From the NCBI GenBank assembly GCA_951406725.2, contig OX597814.1, forward strand, positions 121,582,001 to 121,646,000: DNA of 64,000 bases, in the 5' to 3' direction. Origin of the DNA: Octopus vulgaris (taxonomy: Eukaryota). The notes beneath the pieces were generated by a model. The model did not search any database. It saw only the letters and a list, made by a program, of their open reading frames with translations, and was not told the DNA's origin. Numbering within the stretch: the stretch's first letter is position 1; each line of letters opens with the position of its first letter. Of the stretch, positions 27,962 to 44,220 are shown piece by piece. The position numbers and the translations under genes are program-made.

Positions 27962-28816
27962 GTTGGTATCTGTGAATATATTCTTAGAAAAACAATTGTA
28001 TTTTTTTTTACCTATTATAAATCTCGCGAATCTCAATAATTATAAAATTACTAAAACGAAATTACGATAATCCTTTCGTTGAATTAAAATTATTGAAGAC
28101 TTATAATATTTAGAACAGACTTGATAATATATAAAATATATTCCTACGTATTTCAAAAGCATTTCTAGATTTATAGAACAATTTTAAATGGAAAATAAAT
28201 GCATTATTCCAGAAATGCAAAGCTGGTTTTACTAGGTACATTGCAAATTATTGTATATTAAATAACAATCGAAACACTATTCCACTCACTTCATAGTTTT
28301 ATAGGCAATAAAAGCAAAATTCACTCCTGTTAAGGGAAGTTCAGTTTCCATATTATGAAATTAAAGCATTTTTTGGATGATATTTGATAACAAAGTTATA
28401 CCAGAACCGTGCTCGTACTGTCTCTTTCACAGCAATAAACTTAACCTTAAATGTCGTTAGAGTTTTCGTGGTATTCACTACAGCTTGCAAATATGAGGAC
28501 TCCCGGGAAAATTGTTTTTGACATACACATACATATATATATTTATACATACATATACACGCGAGTGTATGTGTGTGGGTAGTCATATATCATTTCCTAT
28601 ATTTCCTCATACCTTCACAAAATATTTATTCTTGATCTATTGTTAAATTTTATTGATAATTATTTGAAATAGATTATTTTCCCCGCCCTCAAGTGTCATT
28701 TACCAACTATAAATGTATTATATTCTTTTTATTAGAATCGTTATTCTTATCATTTCCATTATTCTTACAATGATTATTATTTTCTCTACTAGTATTGATT
28801 TAGTTAGTGCCGATAT

Positions 28817-28822
28817 TATTAC

Positions 28823-28876
<54 letters not shown>

Positions 28877-29056
28877 CATTATTATTATCAGTGCCTTTAT
28901 TGTTTACTGATTTATTGTTCTGTGCCTTGTTTAATATTTGTCTATTAATGTCTTTTTCAATAAATGATAACTTATCTTTTATTACATTATATTATAAATT
29001 ACGTAAAACTGATAGCATATTATGATTATTCTTACTACTACTACTACTACTACTAC

Positions 29057-29092
<36 letters not shown>

Positions 29093-30054
29093 CTGTAGGA
29101 GTAGCAGGAACAGTAGTAGCTCTATTAGTTTTGTTTATATTTCGTTAACTCATATATTTTACTTCACAAGTGTTATTTTTTATTCATATTTATCATCTCC
29201 TTTTTATATTTCATGTTGCAACAGAACAATGATGGCAAACTCACAATGGATATTTGATTAATATTTTTTTAGACCCTTTCAAGATAAGCTAACGTTAATT
29301 TTTCATTGAGTTTGGTGCTGTTGTTGTTTTAAGAGTAAAAAAGCAAAACTATGTTTGAGATCTGTTGCCATTGTCTGAACAGTTTTTTTTTCTATTAACT
29401 ATTCACTGAAAGAAATGAATAAAAGATTAAATTTTTATCATGATCTTTTTATGTTTATTATATTTCTCCTCTTTCAAACCACTACCTTATTTAACCTCAT
29501 TTGCAGTGTTTATATTAATTAGACATGCATGCTGAAGCAAACAGACATCTCCGCTATATCAAAGTGCTACTGTTCAACCTTTATATTTTTATCTCATATT
29601 TTGTCTTTATTTCTCTCTCAGCTTCTCATTTGTTTCATTCATTTTGTTTGCAACTCCACAAAGTCTTTTTCTTAACATTTGTTTGCTTCTTTCGTTTCGT
29701 TTTTTCGTTTTTTGTTTTTGCATCAGTAAAATTTATTTGACACAGAATTAACTTTTAAAATGAAAAAAATAATATCGTCTTGAGAAAATCAATAACTGAG
29801 TTAGGCTAGTAATAATGTTGATGATGACGACGATAATGACGATAACGATGATGATGATGATGGCGACGACGACGACGACGATGATGATGAGGATGATAAA
29901 ACAATTATGTTAACAACAACCAGGAAAGAAATTAGTAAAGGATAAAAATGAATAATGAATGAATGCATAATGATTATACTATGTTTTATAATTAGACAAG
30001 ACATGTAGACAAAAACCAATAATAATAATAATAATAATGATAATAATAATAATG

Positions 30055-30134
<80 letters not shown>

Positions 30135-30232
30135 CTAATAATAATAATATAATAATAATAATAATAATAATATCATTCTCATTGTTATTAAAATAGGCTA
30201 TCATTACGACTGTTATTACGAAAAAACTAATA

Positions 30233-30283
<51 letters not shown>

Positions 30284-30430
30284 TATTTTAATTTTTATTA
30301 TTATTATCTTTAATATTATTATTATTATTATCATCATCAACATCATCATCATCATCATTATTATTATGGTAATTATTATTATTTTGTAGTAGTAGTAGTA
30401 GTGGTGGTGGTGGTGGTGGTGGTGGTGGTG

Positions 30431-30507
<77 letters not shown>

Positions 30508-30913
30508 CATTACATTTCTTATAAAAAATTTTGACGTTGATTTTTGCGATATCATGAATGTTTCAAGGAATAAAATTATAATTATATTTGGTGTCTTGCT
30601 ATTTGTATTATTACAATTTTTTAAATATTTTTTCATACTATTATCAACATCATATTTTTTTCAATACGTTCCATAATTTCACCGGAGACAACTGAATTGC
30701 AATCACGTAGTTCTAAGATTTTCAATATCATAGTATATTATAATAATTTTCATTTTTCCTCATTCCTGTTCTATTTATGGTAAGACCACTGCTTACTCTA
30801 AGACTAGTTTTTCTTACTTCCACCTATTTCCAAACTTCAAACCGAATATTCGATGGTTTGCTTCGTATTTTATTATTATTATTATTATTATTTTTTATTA
30901 TTATTATTATTAA

Positions 30914-30953
<40 letters not shown>

Positions 30954-31272
30954 GTTATTATCAATATCATTTTCATTACTATTGTTAATCTTATTATTAT
31001 TATTGTTATTGCTATTATTATTATTTTTATTATTATTATTAATATTATTATTATTATTATTATCATAGAAATAAATAGAAGAGTGCAATAGTTATCATGC
31101 GAAATTGGTTGAACGATATTTCGGCAGCTAGGGTGCCTTCCACAGGTTCAAATATTATATGTCAGGCTACTTCATATTTTTAAAGATTATATAAGACTGA
31201 GGTAACTCCTCCAGAATTTATAGAGAACTAAATAGAAGAGTGCTATAGTTGTTATTATTATTATTATTATTA

Positions 31273-31312
<40 letters not shown>

Positions 31313-31326
31313 CATAATTATTATTA

Positions 31327-31373
<47 letters not shown>

Positions 31374-31938
31374 CATCATCATTATTATCATCATCATCAT
31401 CATCATCATCATTATCATCATCATCATTAATGGACTTCGTTTCTTTTTTGTTTTTTCTTTTACATTCTAAATTGCTGTCTACAAATATCCGCGCGGTAGT
31501 GAAAGAATAGGAAATTAGTAAATATCAATGTATTTATTTATTTGTTATATCAAAGATTTGAGTAGCTCCAATCGGCAAGAACTGGCACGTGCTATTGCCC
31601 GTGCTGTGTGAATGCAATCTGATGTTGTGTGAAGTCTCTCTGGCGTCGCAGCGTGTGTTTGATAACCACTTAAGGAAATATCATGATTTTCTTATTCCTT
31701 GTTCTATCGCTATATCTATATTTTTCATTTACTATATTAATGTCAATATTTTTGCTTTGTTCAACATTTTTATTAATGTAAGTCCTTATAGTTTCATGTC
31801 GGTGCATTTCCTTTTCTATGTCCCCTTCATACAGACTCCAACGTCTTGGGGTTCGTGTATTATCATTACTTCCACTAATATTATCGTTATTATTATCATT
31901 ATTACTACTATTATTGTTTCGTTGTCATTATTATTACT

Positions 31939-31998
<60 letters not shown>

Positions 31999-32360
31999 GC
32001 CATCGTCATTGCTATTATCACCTTTGTCGTCGCTACTTTTATTTCCCATATCCTTTTAATCATGCATAAGATTAGCAGGTATCGTTTGGTTAAGAGGATC
32101 TCTCTTTAAAATGTCCTACGATTGCAACCAGAATTTGGAGACGTCATTTTCTCTTTGAAGTCATTGCTCAGCAGTATTCTTTCGTAGGCTGTTGGTATTT
32201 GTCTCCATATTATAACATTCCTTTGTCTTTGAAATTTTGTACTGGTATCATGTGTGGTTTGAAAATTCTATTTTAAATGCATACTAATTGTTTTTCTAAC
32301 TTCTTTCTTGTCAAGTAATCCATTCATCACTTACTTATTTTGGAATAAATTAAATTATCA

Positions 32361-32407
<47 letters not shown>

Positions 32408-32410
32408 TCT
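28817..32410. repeat. Cluster of trinucleotide microsatellites (ATT, TAA, GTA, GGT, GAT, TCA)
   Basis: Tracts at about 28817, 29033, 29820, 30018, 30230, 30388, 30872, 31252, 31930 and 32355. Confidence 0.95.
32050..32340 (-). mobile_element. Possible decayed LINE 3' remnant
   Basis: Minus strand QRNVIIWRQIP..NDFKEKM weakly resembles the L2/CR1 WNxLP..FK terminus. Lies between trinucleotide tracts. Confidence 0.3.
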
Positions 32411-33113
32411 TTTCTTTTTTTTCTTCTTATTATTAATATTTCAATAATCATATTTTATTGCATACTGTCAGCGCTCACAAATCGCGAGTTTGGATCTATG
32501 AAATACTGTGCGACCCTATGTTCGTTCAAGTCTATATCTGTTACCTATTGTTGCTATAAGTCCACACATGCTATATGCATATGTCTATGGCTTTGTGCGA
32601 ACGATTAACAATGGTAACATTGTATGATGAAGTAAACAATCGAGAAAATAAATCACAGATATGTCGAAAATGCTGTGACTTTTTCAACAAATACATCTTA
32701 CATGATAGTTAGATATTGTGTTTTAAATATCCATTACGAGAAAGCAAAATCTACAGTCGAAACGTGATATTAAATAGGCTTCATCGGAAATAAACGGAAA
32801 TAATACAATACTAAAGGAGTTAACATACCTCAATATATAAAACTTGTTCTCAAAAAAGGGAGCACTTTTCCCAAAATGTATTAGGAAACTACAGTTGATC
32901 TTATGTATTTTATGTGTTTAATTGTGTGTATGCAAACAGGGCCGAACAATTTATTGTGTCTAAATTTGAGCATGCAAAAGGATTCTTTCATCACATCTAG
33001 GGAGAAGGTTTTTATAACTTACACACAAAAAGCGTGACAATATAAACGTGACAATATATCTCTTATAGCTTGTTTCTGCACTTTATTTCATATGTAATCA
33101 ATATATATCTGTG

Positions 33114-33455
<342 letters not shown>

Positions 33456-33614
33456 CATTAATATTTAAAAAATATTTTCAGTTTTATTTTTGTTTGTCTT
33501 CTTTCCACTTCCTGACTAAAATTGCTGCTTACATTTCCTGTGGTTAAAATATTAATTCTCAAAGATTGGTTTTACTGATGTTGTTGTACATTTTCACAAA
33601 CGTTCATTTCTCAC

Positions 33615-33661
33615 CATCTTTTATATATATTTTCCTGCCAGTTGGTTTTGTTCGATTGACT
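33615..33661 (-). CDS. Candidate 47-nt cassette exon of the glutamate receptor C-tail (SQSNKTNWQENIYKR)
   Basis: Acceptor gctttttttacag and donor ATG|GTGAGA. Open in phase 0, exits in phase 2, so it joins the M4 exon to the long frame of 18324-18525. A chance occurrence in 40 kb cannot be excluded. Confidence 0.3.
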
Positions 33662-33945
33662 CTGTAAAAAAAGCATTACCTATCTTTAAAACAAGTGTCA
33701 CATAAGCCAGTGACATTTTGGACTGGGGCATCAAAACATTGCGCCATTGAGAATACTTCAAAATCTGCCAGAAATGAAAAACATATACAAAATGTCTTCG
33801 ACGACATTAACAATGAAATTAAGGAGAAATTTTACCTGTTCACAATAACATAAAATAAAAAGAAACGTGTAACAACCAGCAGTGTTATGTGATTGAAAAA
33901 CAACAGAACAAATGGTAAACGAAAGAACAATCACTTTTAGGACAA

Positions 33946-34047
<102 letters not shown>

Positions 34048-35305
34048 AAAGAAGAGGATGACGATGATGGAGACAAAGCAGTAAAATTTCCTTTGTTTAG
34101 TGTTTTTCACACACACACATGCATATATACGCATACATGTGTTTTGTGTGTGTGTGTTTATGGTTGTGTGTGTGCGTATGTGTGTCTGTGAGTGTGTGTG
34201 GCAGATGAATTACCCTTTTACATTTTTTTCTGTATTTTCTTCAAGTTTTGAAAGTTTATCTATTCAGGGAATAAAGGAAACGCTGTTAGATATATATATA
34301 TATCTGAAAGTGATTTTTGCCAGACAACACTTTGGACTCTAGAAGGACTCTTGCCTGCTTTTCAATATGGTGAAAATTAAATCATTCCCTATGATACGTG
34401 TGTGGTTTTCTTTACGGTTTTTCCGTACCTTTACACATATATGATTTGGGCTTAGAAATACAATTTAAAGAAAACTTAATTCGTGCGATGAAGTTTTCAC
34501 CATGACGGATTTTATTTTTACTTCATTAACTGACACGTTTTCATATTCAAATATTTTTCAATGGCATTGTAATAATCAATGAATAATCTAAAGTAAGCTC
34601 TAGAAAAAGAATATTACACTTGTCGCACATACTGGGCCAGAGACATGTTAAAACAGATTGACCAAACATATTGTATTAATGTAAAAGTTTTTTAATCTAA
34701 ATTACGTAATTTTTAACGGTGCATTTTGTAAAGTTTTCTAAATAATATTCTTTACTTCTGTTTTCGCCATTTCTACCTTTTCTATATACTTTGCAATAAG
34801 GATTAGTAATTCTTCTATAAGAACTGAGATTTAAACAGAACCAGATAGCAATCAACATATGTTATTGCAAGTTATTTCACATAGGAATAGATTGAAGTAG
34901 AGATCTAATCTTCGTGGATTCTGCATTTGTTATGATGTGACATAAATGCTACAATATTATTTAAATATCATTATTCATTGGCTGATGTTAGAAACTTTAT
35001 GAAATGCACAAACATTTCAATGCCATGAAAGGATATTGTAAAATGTAACAGCTAACCTTTATCTACCATGTAAATCATTACATTCGCAAATCATGACAAC
35101 TATAAATTTTATTTAAGTTATTTACTATAAGAACTGGTCATTTTTAATTGTGAATATAACCCGAAAGTTTTTCATGGAATCTAGCACATGTTCAAGGAAT
35201 GATCTTTTTAGTAACACCATGATTTCGAAAGCTACATATCGATTTCTGCTGCATCGTTATGAACTGATCGGTAGGTGAGGTGTGTGGAGTGAGTTATTAT
35301 TATTA

Positions 35306-35372
<67 letters not shown>

Positions 35373-35468
35373 CATCATTATTATTATCATCATATGTTGA
35401 TATCGCTACTTTCTAATTACTTCTAAATCTAATAGCTAATATATGTGTATATCTATATGTATGTGTCT

Positions 35469-35549
35469 GGAATCCACTTTGCGTGAAATTCAACACATTA
35501 GAAAGAACAGCTAGGTTCTGTGTTGAATTTCACACGCAAAATGGATTCC
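35469..35549. repeat. 81-nt inverted repeat (hairpin)
   Basis: ggaatccactttgcgtgaaattcaacaca pairs with tgtgttgaatttcacacgcaaaatggattcc: about 29 bp with 1 mismatch and a 2-nt bulge. Confidence 0.9.
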
Positions 35550-35773
35550 TTATGTGTATAAATATGCACTATATCGTATGACTAATATATAGTCTTCTTG
35601 ACTAATTATTTTTTGCATGTTAGACCACTGGAAATGTAAATTTTGATTGTATATTTTAATTTTAATTAAATTCCATTTCCCTTTGATATGATGAAACATT
35701 ATATATACATATGCATATATATATAAGCATGTATACATACTGATATGTATATGTGGTTATGTGCGTATGAAGG

Positions 35774-35950
35774 TAGGGGCTTAGTGGTTATGTTGTGATA
35801 GTCATGATCGTATGATTCTGTTTCAATTCCTGGACTAGGAAATGTATTGCGTTCTTGAGCAAAACGTTTCATTTCACGACACTCCAGTCCACCCAGCTAG
35901 CAAATATGAGTAATCATGCAATTGACTACTGGTGGTTTGTCCCTGTTCAT
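35774..35950 (+). mobile_element. Degraded tRNA-derived SINE (CORE/Meta-like family)
   Basis: ggcttagtggtta..catgatcgtatgatt..tttcaattcctggac..gttcttgagcaaaac..ttcatttcacg is the reverse complement of the copy at 47631-47856. Confidence 0.7.
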
Positions 35951-37177
35951 TGGCGATGATAATATATACCACAGTATCCAAGAATCAGTCGTAAGATACA
36001 TTCGTTTGAGAAGGATATTTCTCCCCTGTTTTTATATATATATAGATGCATGTACATCTTTGCGATAATGAGGTTCAACTAGAGCAATTCAAACTAAAGT
36101 CTGGTAGATGACAATATATCTACTCATCATAATGAATATTTAATGCTGATGCACTTAGAATCAATGAGATTAGTGAGCATTTTTCTCCTTATTTGGATTC
36201 TTTCTAACACTATGCTCCTTATATTAATTTTAGAACGTGACTTTAGCATACAAATATCTATGATTGTTATTAATAAATTTATATATTTTATTACAATGCA
36301 AACTTGTCCAAAATCTTAGTCAACTTTTGAAATGCTATCCGTTACATAATTTCACTACGTTATTTTTCTTCATCTAAATCTGTTGTGCTATACGATCTAA
36401 AATGTGCATTCTTACTACTGTATCATATATATTTGTGAAATTGTAAACTGAAATTGTATAAAGTTTCAATGTAGAAGTAATATAGGTATGCCGTGCGCAG
36501 TTGTTGATGTCTAGCAATTTAGACAGACCTATTGTTTTGAAGTAAAACAAAAATCCTTATTCTGAAGAAAGTCCGTCTCAGTGGTTTAACCTAAAATTTC
36601 TTCACAATGTATGAACCTATTCAGGCTTCAAAAATTTTTAACAAATTTTGGAGACCCAGGGTTGAAGAGTCAGGATATATTAGAAGTCTCTAGAAGAAAA
36701 TGTTCTATTGCTACTTGAAATATAAATTTGAGATATGCTAAAAATTTGTCTTCTTACTATAGCATTTTAGGACTGTTATAGGATATGCGTCCATATCAAT
36801 TAACGTCTTCATATATGTCATTGATTCTCATTTGGTCAGGTGTATGATACTCTCGGATATATTAAGACATTGTAATGATAATATTTTTAGCACTGGGAAA
36901 AATTATAGCTGGGAGGTTATAATGATATCGACGTCAATGTTATGATGATTTTATGATGTAAATATGTTACAGTTCTTAATTGTTTGTGTGAGTTGTAACA
37001 GTTATTTATAACTATGACTGCATCAAAAACAAAAAAAAATTCGTTAAATTTTATAGCTGAAAGAGATAGCAGTTAATAACATCACTCAACAGATATTAAT
37101 GAAAATATAAAATAAGCAAAAGAATAATTACATGCTATACAAAAACATGTACACAAAAACATACACCTGTATGCGAG

Positions 37178-37258
<81 letters not shown>

Positions 37259-37359
37259 GTATATATATATATATGTCTATATATATATATATGTCTATGA
37301 ATATATATACATATATATGGATATATACATATCTGTAGATCTGTAGATGTATATAAATA

Positions 37360-37416
<57 letters not shown>

Positions 37417-37782
37417 TATACTAGATAAATATGTATATAGATATAGAGCTTAAGATGTATAGTTAAGTGTATATATGCATACATGAATTTATCCAAGTAG
37501 GTATTTTCATGTAAAAGCAAATATACGTACATGCGTGTAGGTGTGTGGGTGAGATGGTTGTTTGTGAAAGAGAGAGTGAGCAGGGCAGAATATGTGTGTC
37601 TGCATGTGCGTGTGTGTACATGTGTGTCGTGTATTATTGGATAGATATGTTCATAAATATATATAGAAAAGTGTACATACATTTATATTTATATATATAT
37701 ATATATATATATACATTCGTATACGTATATATGTGAGTGTATATAGGCATACATACATATATATGTATATATATATATATAT

Positions 37783-37864
<82 letters not shown>

Positions 37865-39581
37865 AAGGGAAGAACGCTGCACAAACTATACGCACGTTTT
37901 ATATTTGAGCAAACTGCAAAACGGTGAAATTGTGCATCGCATTATAGAGATAGTCTTCTGTATTGAAGATGAAGTATATGAACATATATGATGATGAAAT
38001 ATATGTTTATATCGATTGTGCAAATTGTGATACTAGTAATATTAGGATTTATTTTAAATATTATAAATATAAAGTCCTATAGATTTGAACATTTCAATTT
38101 GTCAGTATATAAATATCATATAAAAAATTTTCTTGAATATCTTGAAGGTAATATGCACATCGACTAAACAGATACATCTCACTATAGCTGTACATATATG
38201 TGTGACTGCGTGTGCGTATGTGCGTGCGTATGTGTGTGTGTGTATGTTGGTGTGTCTGTGTGTGTTTGTGTGTGTGTGTATATTTCTAATTGGAAGTGTG
38301 TTATACGTTTTTATACATCACTAACCTGTTTTATATTCTGAATATTTGATAGTTTATTTTTCTTTTAGAAAATTATGGCTATATTATCTTATTATATATT
38401 CATCACTCCCGTTTCTATATATTCCTGGTTACATTTAATGCAAGAAAACAGGAACATAATAAGTTAATGCCTCAATCTGCATCAATTTTACATCTATAAA
38501 ATTTATTCTGGTGAAACATGGATTTATTTACAATATGAGAATTTTGTGTGCAGAATATTTTTGATATAGACGTATATAGAACATGTTTATAAAAACTATA
38601 TATGAAAGAACAGTTATTATGCATTTATGTAGTCATTCAATACAGTATGTAGAACTGGAACATCTAAGCCAGCAATTTTGGTATATAAGAAAAGTAAGAA
38701 ATTAATTATTAATATACATGTTTGTACAATATCTACCGTATATATTTGTGCCATTGATAAATGTAATTATGTGAGTAGCACATCTGCAATTTACATTGGA
38801 ATGCGGAATACTTGTCAAACTTTAGACAATGTATGTTTGGATACTCTATATAAAAATTAAATGGGTATAGAGTTAAAATATATCTTAAATGTGAACGCCT
38901 GTGTACAGTGGAAAGTTTAAGATATGTTTTATTTATTTTATAAATTGTTGCATGAAATGAAACTGAATTATGTTTACAGAGCAAGAGAGAGAGAGAGAGA
39001 GATTTAGCTGAGAAAGTGAAACTTCATCATATAAACTGACATCGATTAATCGTTAATTGGACAAACCTATTGTGTAAAATTCGATGCGACAGAAAACAAA
39101 AAAACATCGTTCATTATTTAAAGATTCGGTGACATGAAAAGGGAGGTAGATGGTTAAGAGATATTAGCATGTATACATCATAAATATACTGCTGACTAGG
39201 TTATGCAAAAAAGTACTACATAGGAGAATAGATATGTACATAGTGATATGTTTATATACACTGATAGATATGTTGGTAAGGAGTGAGGTAGAAAGGTATG
39301 TACGCATACTTACATATATTTTGATCGCAAAAAGCTGGGAAAGCCGGCAGGTAAATAGTATGCAGGTAGTTGGTTACATAATTAGAATGACGGAAGGGCT
39401 AGAAAATACACACACACAAATGCACTCACACGCTAACACACACATTATACGTATAAATAATTATGTATAATAGTTAAATATATATGATAAATAACACATA
39501 TATATATATATATATATATATGTACACTAATGCACCTGCTTGATGATCATATACCTGTATTCGTCTCTGTAAAATTCAACT

Positions 39582-39612
<31 letters not shown>

Positions 39613-40066
39613 CAGACACACATATACACATATGTAAGCAAGCACTTAATTATCTAGATACTCAATTATTATTAATACGCAGTGAAAGTAACTCGGTGAC
39701 AAACAGATACAAAATTTCCTAGATGTCTTCAAATGTGATGAAGTTTCCTTTCTTATTACTGTTTAAACAAGCCTGACAGATCAGAACTATGATCAAATAT
39801 ATTCTTTTTGACATTATTTAGTCTTCATCAAACATAATGCATCTAGAAATATATGACACAAAGTCTGTTTTCTGTTTTCGTGCAAGACGGTAAAGTGTCA
39901 TATGAGGAATATTTGACTGTTATTATAAAAGAACAGTCAACTGTCGTGATTGGTTTTGGAGTTCTTTAATTACTGATAATCGAAGAAGAAGACCTTCACT
40001 TATGTGTCAAACTGCATAACCCGATATATCTAAAGCTACGTAACCCAAATATATCCTCGTTGAAAA

Positions 40067-40325
40067 GAAAACGATAGAAAGCTTTGTAGTAAAATCGTGC
40101 TGGCTATTTCTAGTAGACCTAGTGACCAGGTATAAATTGCCTTTTGGGGCCAAAGGCGTTTTTATTTTCTGGGTGATGTTGTGGTGGTGGGGCATATCGC
40201 TAACACGAAAACGATAGAAAGACATGTCGTAAAATATGCTTGCTGTTTCTCGTAGATCGAGTGACCAGGTATAAATTGCCAATTTGGGCCAAAGGGGTTT
40301 CTATTTACTGGGTGATAATGTGATG
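40067..40325. repeat. Diverged tandem duplication with a 140-bp period
   Basis: gaaaacgatagaaag..agtgaccaggtataaattgcc..gggccaaagg..ctgggtgat occurs at 40067 and again at 40207. Confidence 0.9.
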
Positions 40326-40500
<175 letters not shown>

Positions 40501-41806
40501 TCGTAATTGGTGGCTTTGGTGTAGTTGTTGTTTGATGTGGTTGTGGAAAATATGGAAGAATTTGTTGTTTATCACTATGTCAACGCTGATGCGCCAGATT
40601 TAAGTCCAAAATCATTTTTTTGCTATTTTTGTCCAGATGCTGTGTAGTGTAGTGCTTGACAATGAGTAACTTTTTGTAAAGTTGTAGGTTATGATTTGTG
40701 GAGATTATGGCGTTATTTCTTGTGGATTGCGTGGCCACTAAAATGCTTAACGTAAGTAGCAGAGGAGAGTTAGTTTATTGTTGTTGTTGTTGTTTGTTAG
40801 TTAGTTAGCTTCATCCAGTCAAAATACACTACTTCGGATGTGGAATAATAACAAATGTTTGTGATCTATACGACACAATCTTAGATACAATCAGTGATGT
40901 GTTATACGGAAGAATATGAAACGTTTCCGCCATTGTCCAATTTAATAAAGATGTTTTTATATTTTGATTTTTACTGTCTCTTACTGTGCCTGTTTTCACG
41001 CAAGTGAAATTTATTAGAGCAAAGCTATCATCAAATTCGTTCAAGTAATGACCATCTGGTTGATTTCATGAGCGAAATAACCGTGCACCAACATTTCCTA
41101 ATTTTTTGTTTTCCAGGACGGCATACTGCAATTTTTTAAACGATTTCGCTGCTGATCCCCGGGCGTAAAAAGCACAGGTCTCTAATTTACTTTATTTGTT
41201 TTTGCTGCTGGTTTCTGGACATTTTATATGTGTTGATTAAACGTGCCCCAACGTTATTCTTTCACTATTGCTTCGAGGTCGTGAAGGACCATAGAAATAA
41301 AGGAGAAAAATTAATATTGATATTTGGTAGTAGTTATAATCTAGTGTTATTGTTTCATTGCATTCACTACATATGGAGCTCGAGTGTGCTCATATAATGT
41401 CTGTACTTAATATTTCTTTGACGTAAAATGTCTTTATAAGTCATATATTTACATTGTAAAGTAAGAACAAGGATACATTTTTTCTGTGTAGACCGGCGAG
41501 ATTCTAAGCAGCAAGATTAATTTGTATGTTATAGAGAGTTCTGAAGATCGATATATAGAAGAATAATTGGCCAAGAAGAAAAATGAGTGGGAAGGACAGT
41601 ATTAGGCAGGATAAATAAGTAAATAAATACGTGAGGTGTCGTTGAGTCTGGTTATTGGTATAGGATGATATATAAATGATATATCACAACTGCTTCTGAG
41701 CAAATCAGTTCTCCGGTAATATAGTTCATCCGGATTTATAAATATATAAATATAAATACAAATCATCACACAAAAATCCGCACGCAAACACACACACATA
41801 CATATC

Positions 41807-41965
<159 letters not shown>

Positions 41966-42138
41966 TCATTAGAAAATTTTAAGATATATTTCACAGCTTC
42001 TTAGAACAAATTGTAGGGCGGACCCTAATGTCTGTCTGATAATGATACAATAAATTTACTGTTATAGCTAAAGATTTTATTAAAATGACTATGTTAAAAA
42101 ACCACTAACGCACACTAATATTCATGTACACATACATA

Positions 42139-42179
<41 letters not shown>

Positions 42180-42921
42180 TATATATATAAAAATAGATAT
42201 AGATATACATATACATATATATACATATATATATACATATATATACATATATATACATACACATATATATATATATATACATATATATACATATATATAT
42301 AGAGAGAGGGGTTGGGAGAGAGAGAATAGGAGGTATAAAATATGCTTGTGTGTGTGATTTTTGTATAAACAGTTATAAAGCAAATATCCGTAATGTACAG
42401 AATAATTTTCTATAGGTCACTAAATGCAAGCGACTTCATATCGATAAGATATAAAGAAAGAATTATTTGAAAAACTACTCGACAATAGACAATATGAATA
42501 TTTCAGTATATTACATGTTTAAATTTCTCTTAATATTGTTTTTGTACCAGCATATATATATATATGTATGTATACGATGTAATTCAGAAATTGTATTACA
42601 ACAGTTATGATCATACCGTTCATATGGATATAAAATATGCGAACTTCAACGTAATCCCTGCAGACATTGCATAAAACGTTATAGAATTCCGTCCTAGATT
42701 AGTATAATTGACCCTACTATATCACGGTTATTTTGCTTCTGTGATAATATAGCTTAATAATTTCAAACTCTAAATTTATGCAAAATGCATGAAGATAATT
42801 ATGCAATTTTGTTGCAGCAGAGGAATGATGGATACATAAGTGCATAATACAACTTCATAAAAATTACACTTCATAAAAATATACAAAGACACACAAACTT
42901 ATGAGTGTATAAATGTACGTT

Positions 42922-42954
<33 letters not shown>

Positions 42955-44167
42955 CAAAAAAAAAATGCGTATATATCAAAATGTTGCGCTTACTTTATAA
43001 CATAGTGATATAAACCATTGAATCTATCGTGTCGAGATCTCAAAGTTTAACAATAAAGAATATCAGGAACGTAAGTTTGCTTAATTGTACATGATTAGAA
43101 AAAAGAACAGATGCTCATGAACGTATGTATGAATTCATTGTATTGGTGCGAAATTAATTAGACACAGTTTAAGCGAAAATGACCATTAATAAATGTTATG
43201 AATCCATTTCAGAAATACATGAATAATTTTATATAGCACAAGACCTCATTATGAAGAAATGGTGTGGGTATACTCCTACAACGACACACATCGACTAAGA
43301 TATATATATAGCAGAACTGAATAGTCGGCACCTCAAAATGCTAAAATCTTTCAGAGTCTGTGTGCTTTATTCTCAGCAGTTTGTGACCAAGATTTTCGTG
43401 TGTTCAGAATTATATTCTCATCACACTAAAGACATTTAAAATCTATACTACATATACACATATAAAATTTAAAATCTTTATATTAGGTACACAGAATGGA
43501 CAGAGAAAATGTGTAGATTTTCACTGCCTAATGGAGGGATAAGAATTGAAAACCTGTACACTTATTGCTTTAGTGTAATATCAAAACAATATCACTTCAG
43601 ATGATCTGCTTCATTTTTCTCCAAAAAAACCTCTATACAGAAGGATATGTATAAATATATACTTAGGGAATATACATTCAGACACACACGCAAAAACACA
43701 CGCTCGTGCGAGTAGCACCCACGCACACAAACACACACATGCACACATATGTATATTCACATTTAAGAGAAAAAGTGAAAGTTTTTATATATTTGTATTA
43801 TTCACAAGGAGATGTGGAATAATATTCCATTTTCTTCAACCATATCTTTAAACATATATGTATTTTAAAAGAATACACGCACATATATATGTGTATGTGC
43901 ATATATATCCATATATGTACAAACAAATTTTCATAAACAAATATTCATATATAAACAGATGTGTATATATATGTATGTGTGCGTGTATGTGTGGGTGGGT
44001 GTGTAATTATGTGCTTTTATATACAATTTTGTGAATTATATGAAGTGGCAGGGAATATTTCAACATCGTTTTACTTTCCGTATATATGTATATTTTTATA
44101 AATGCTTTAATTTTGCACCTATGGTGGAAGTATATGTATCTCTATTTATCAGTCTATATGTATGCAT

Positions 44168-44198
<31 letters not shown>

Positions 44199-44220
44199 TA
44201 TATATATATATATATGCACT

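Noticed and set aside
29245-29406. Strong minus-strand acceptor (cttttattcatttctttcag) with an ATT|GTGAGT donor
   Set aside because: Stops occur in all three frames within 11 nt of the acceptor, so it cannot be supported as coding.
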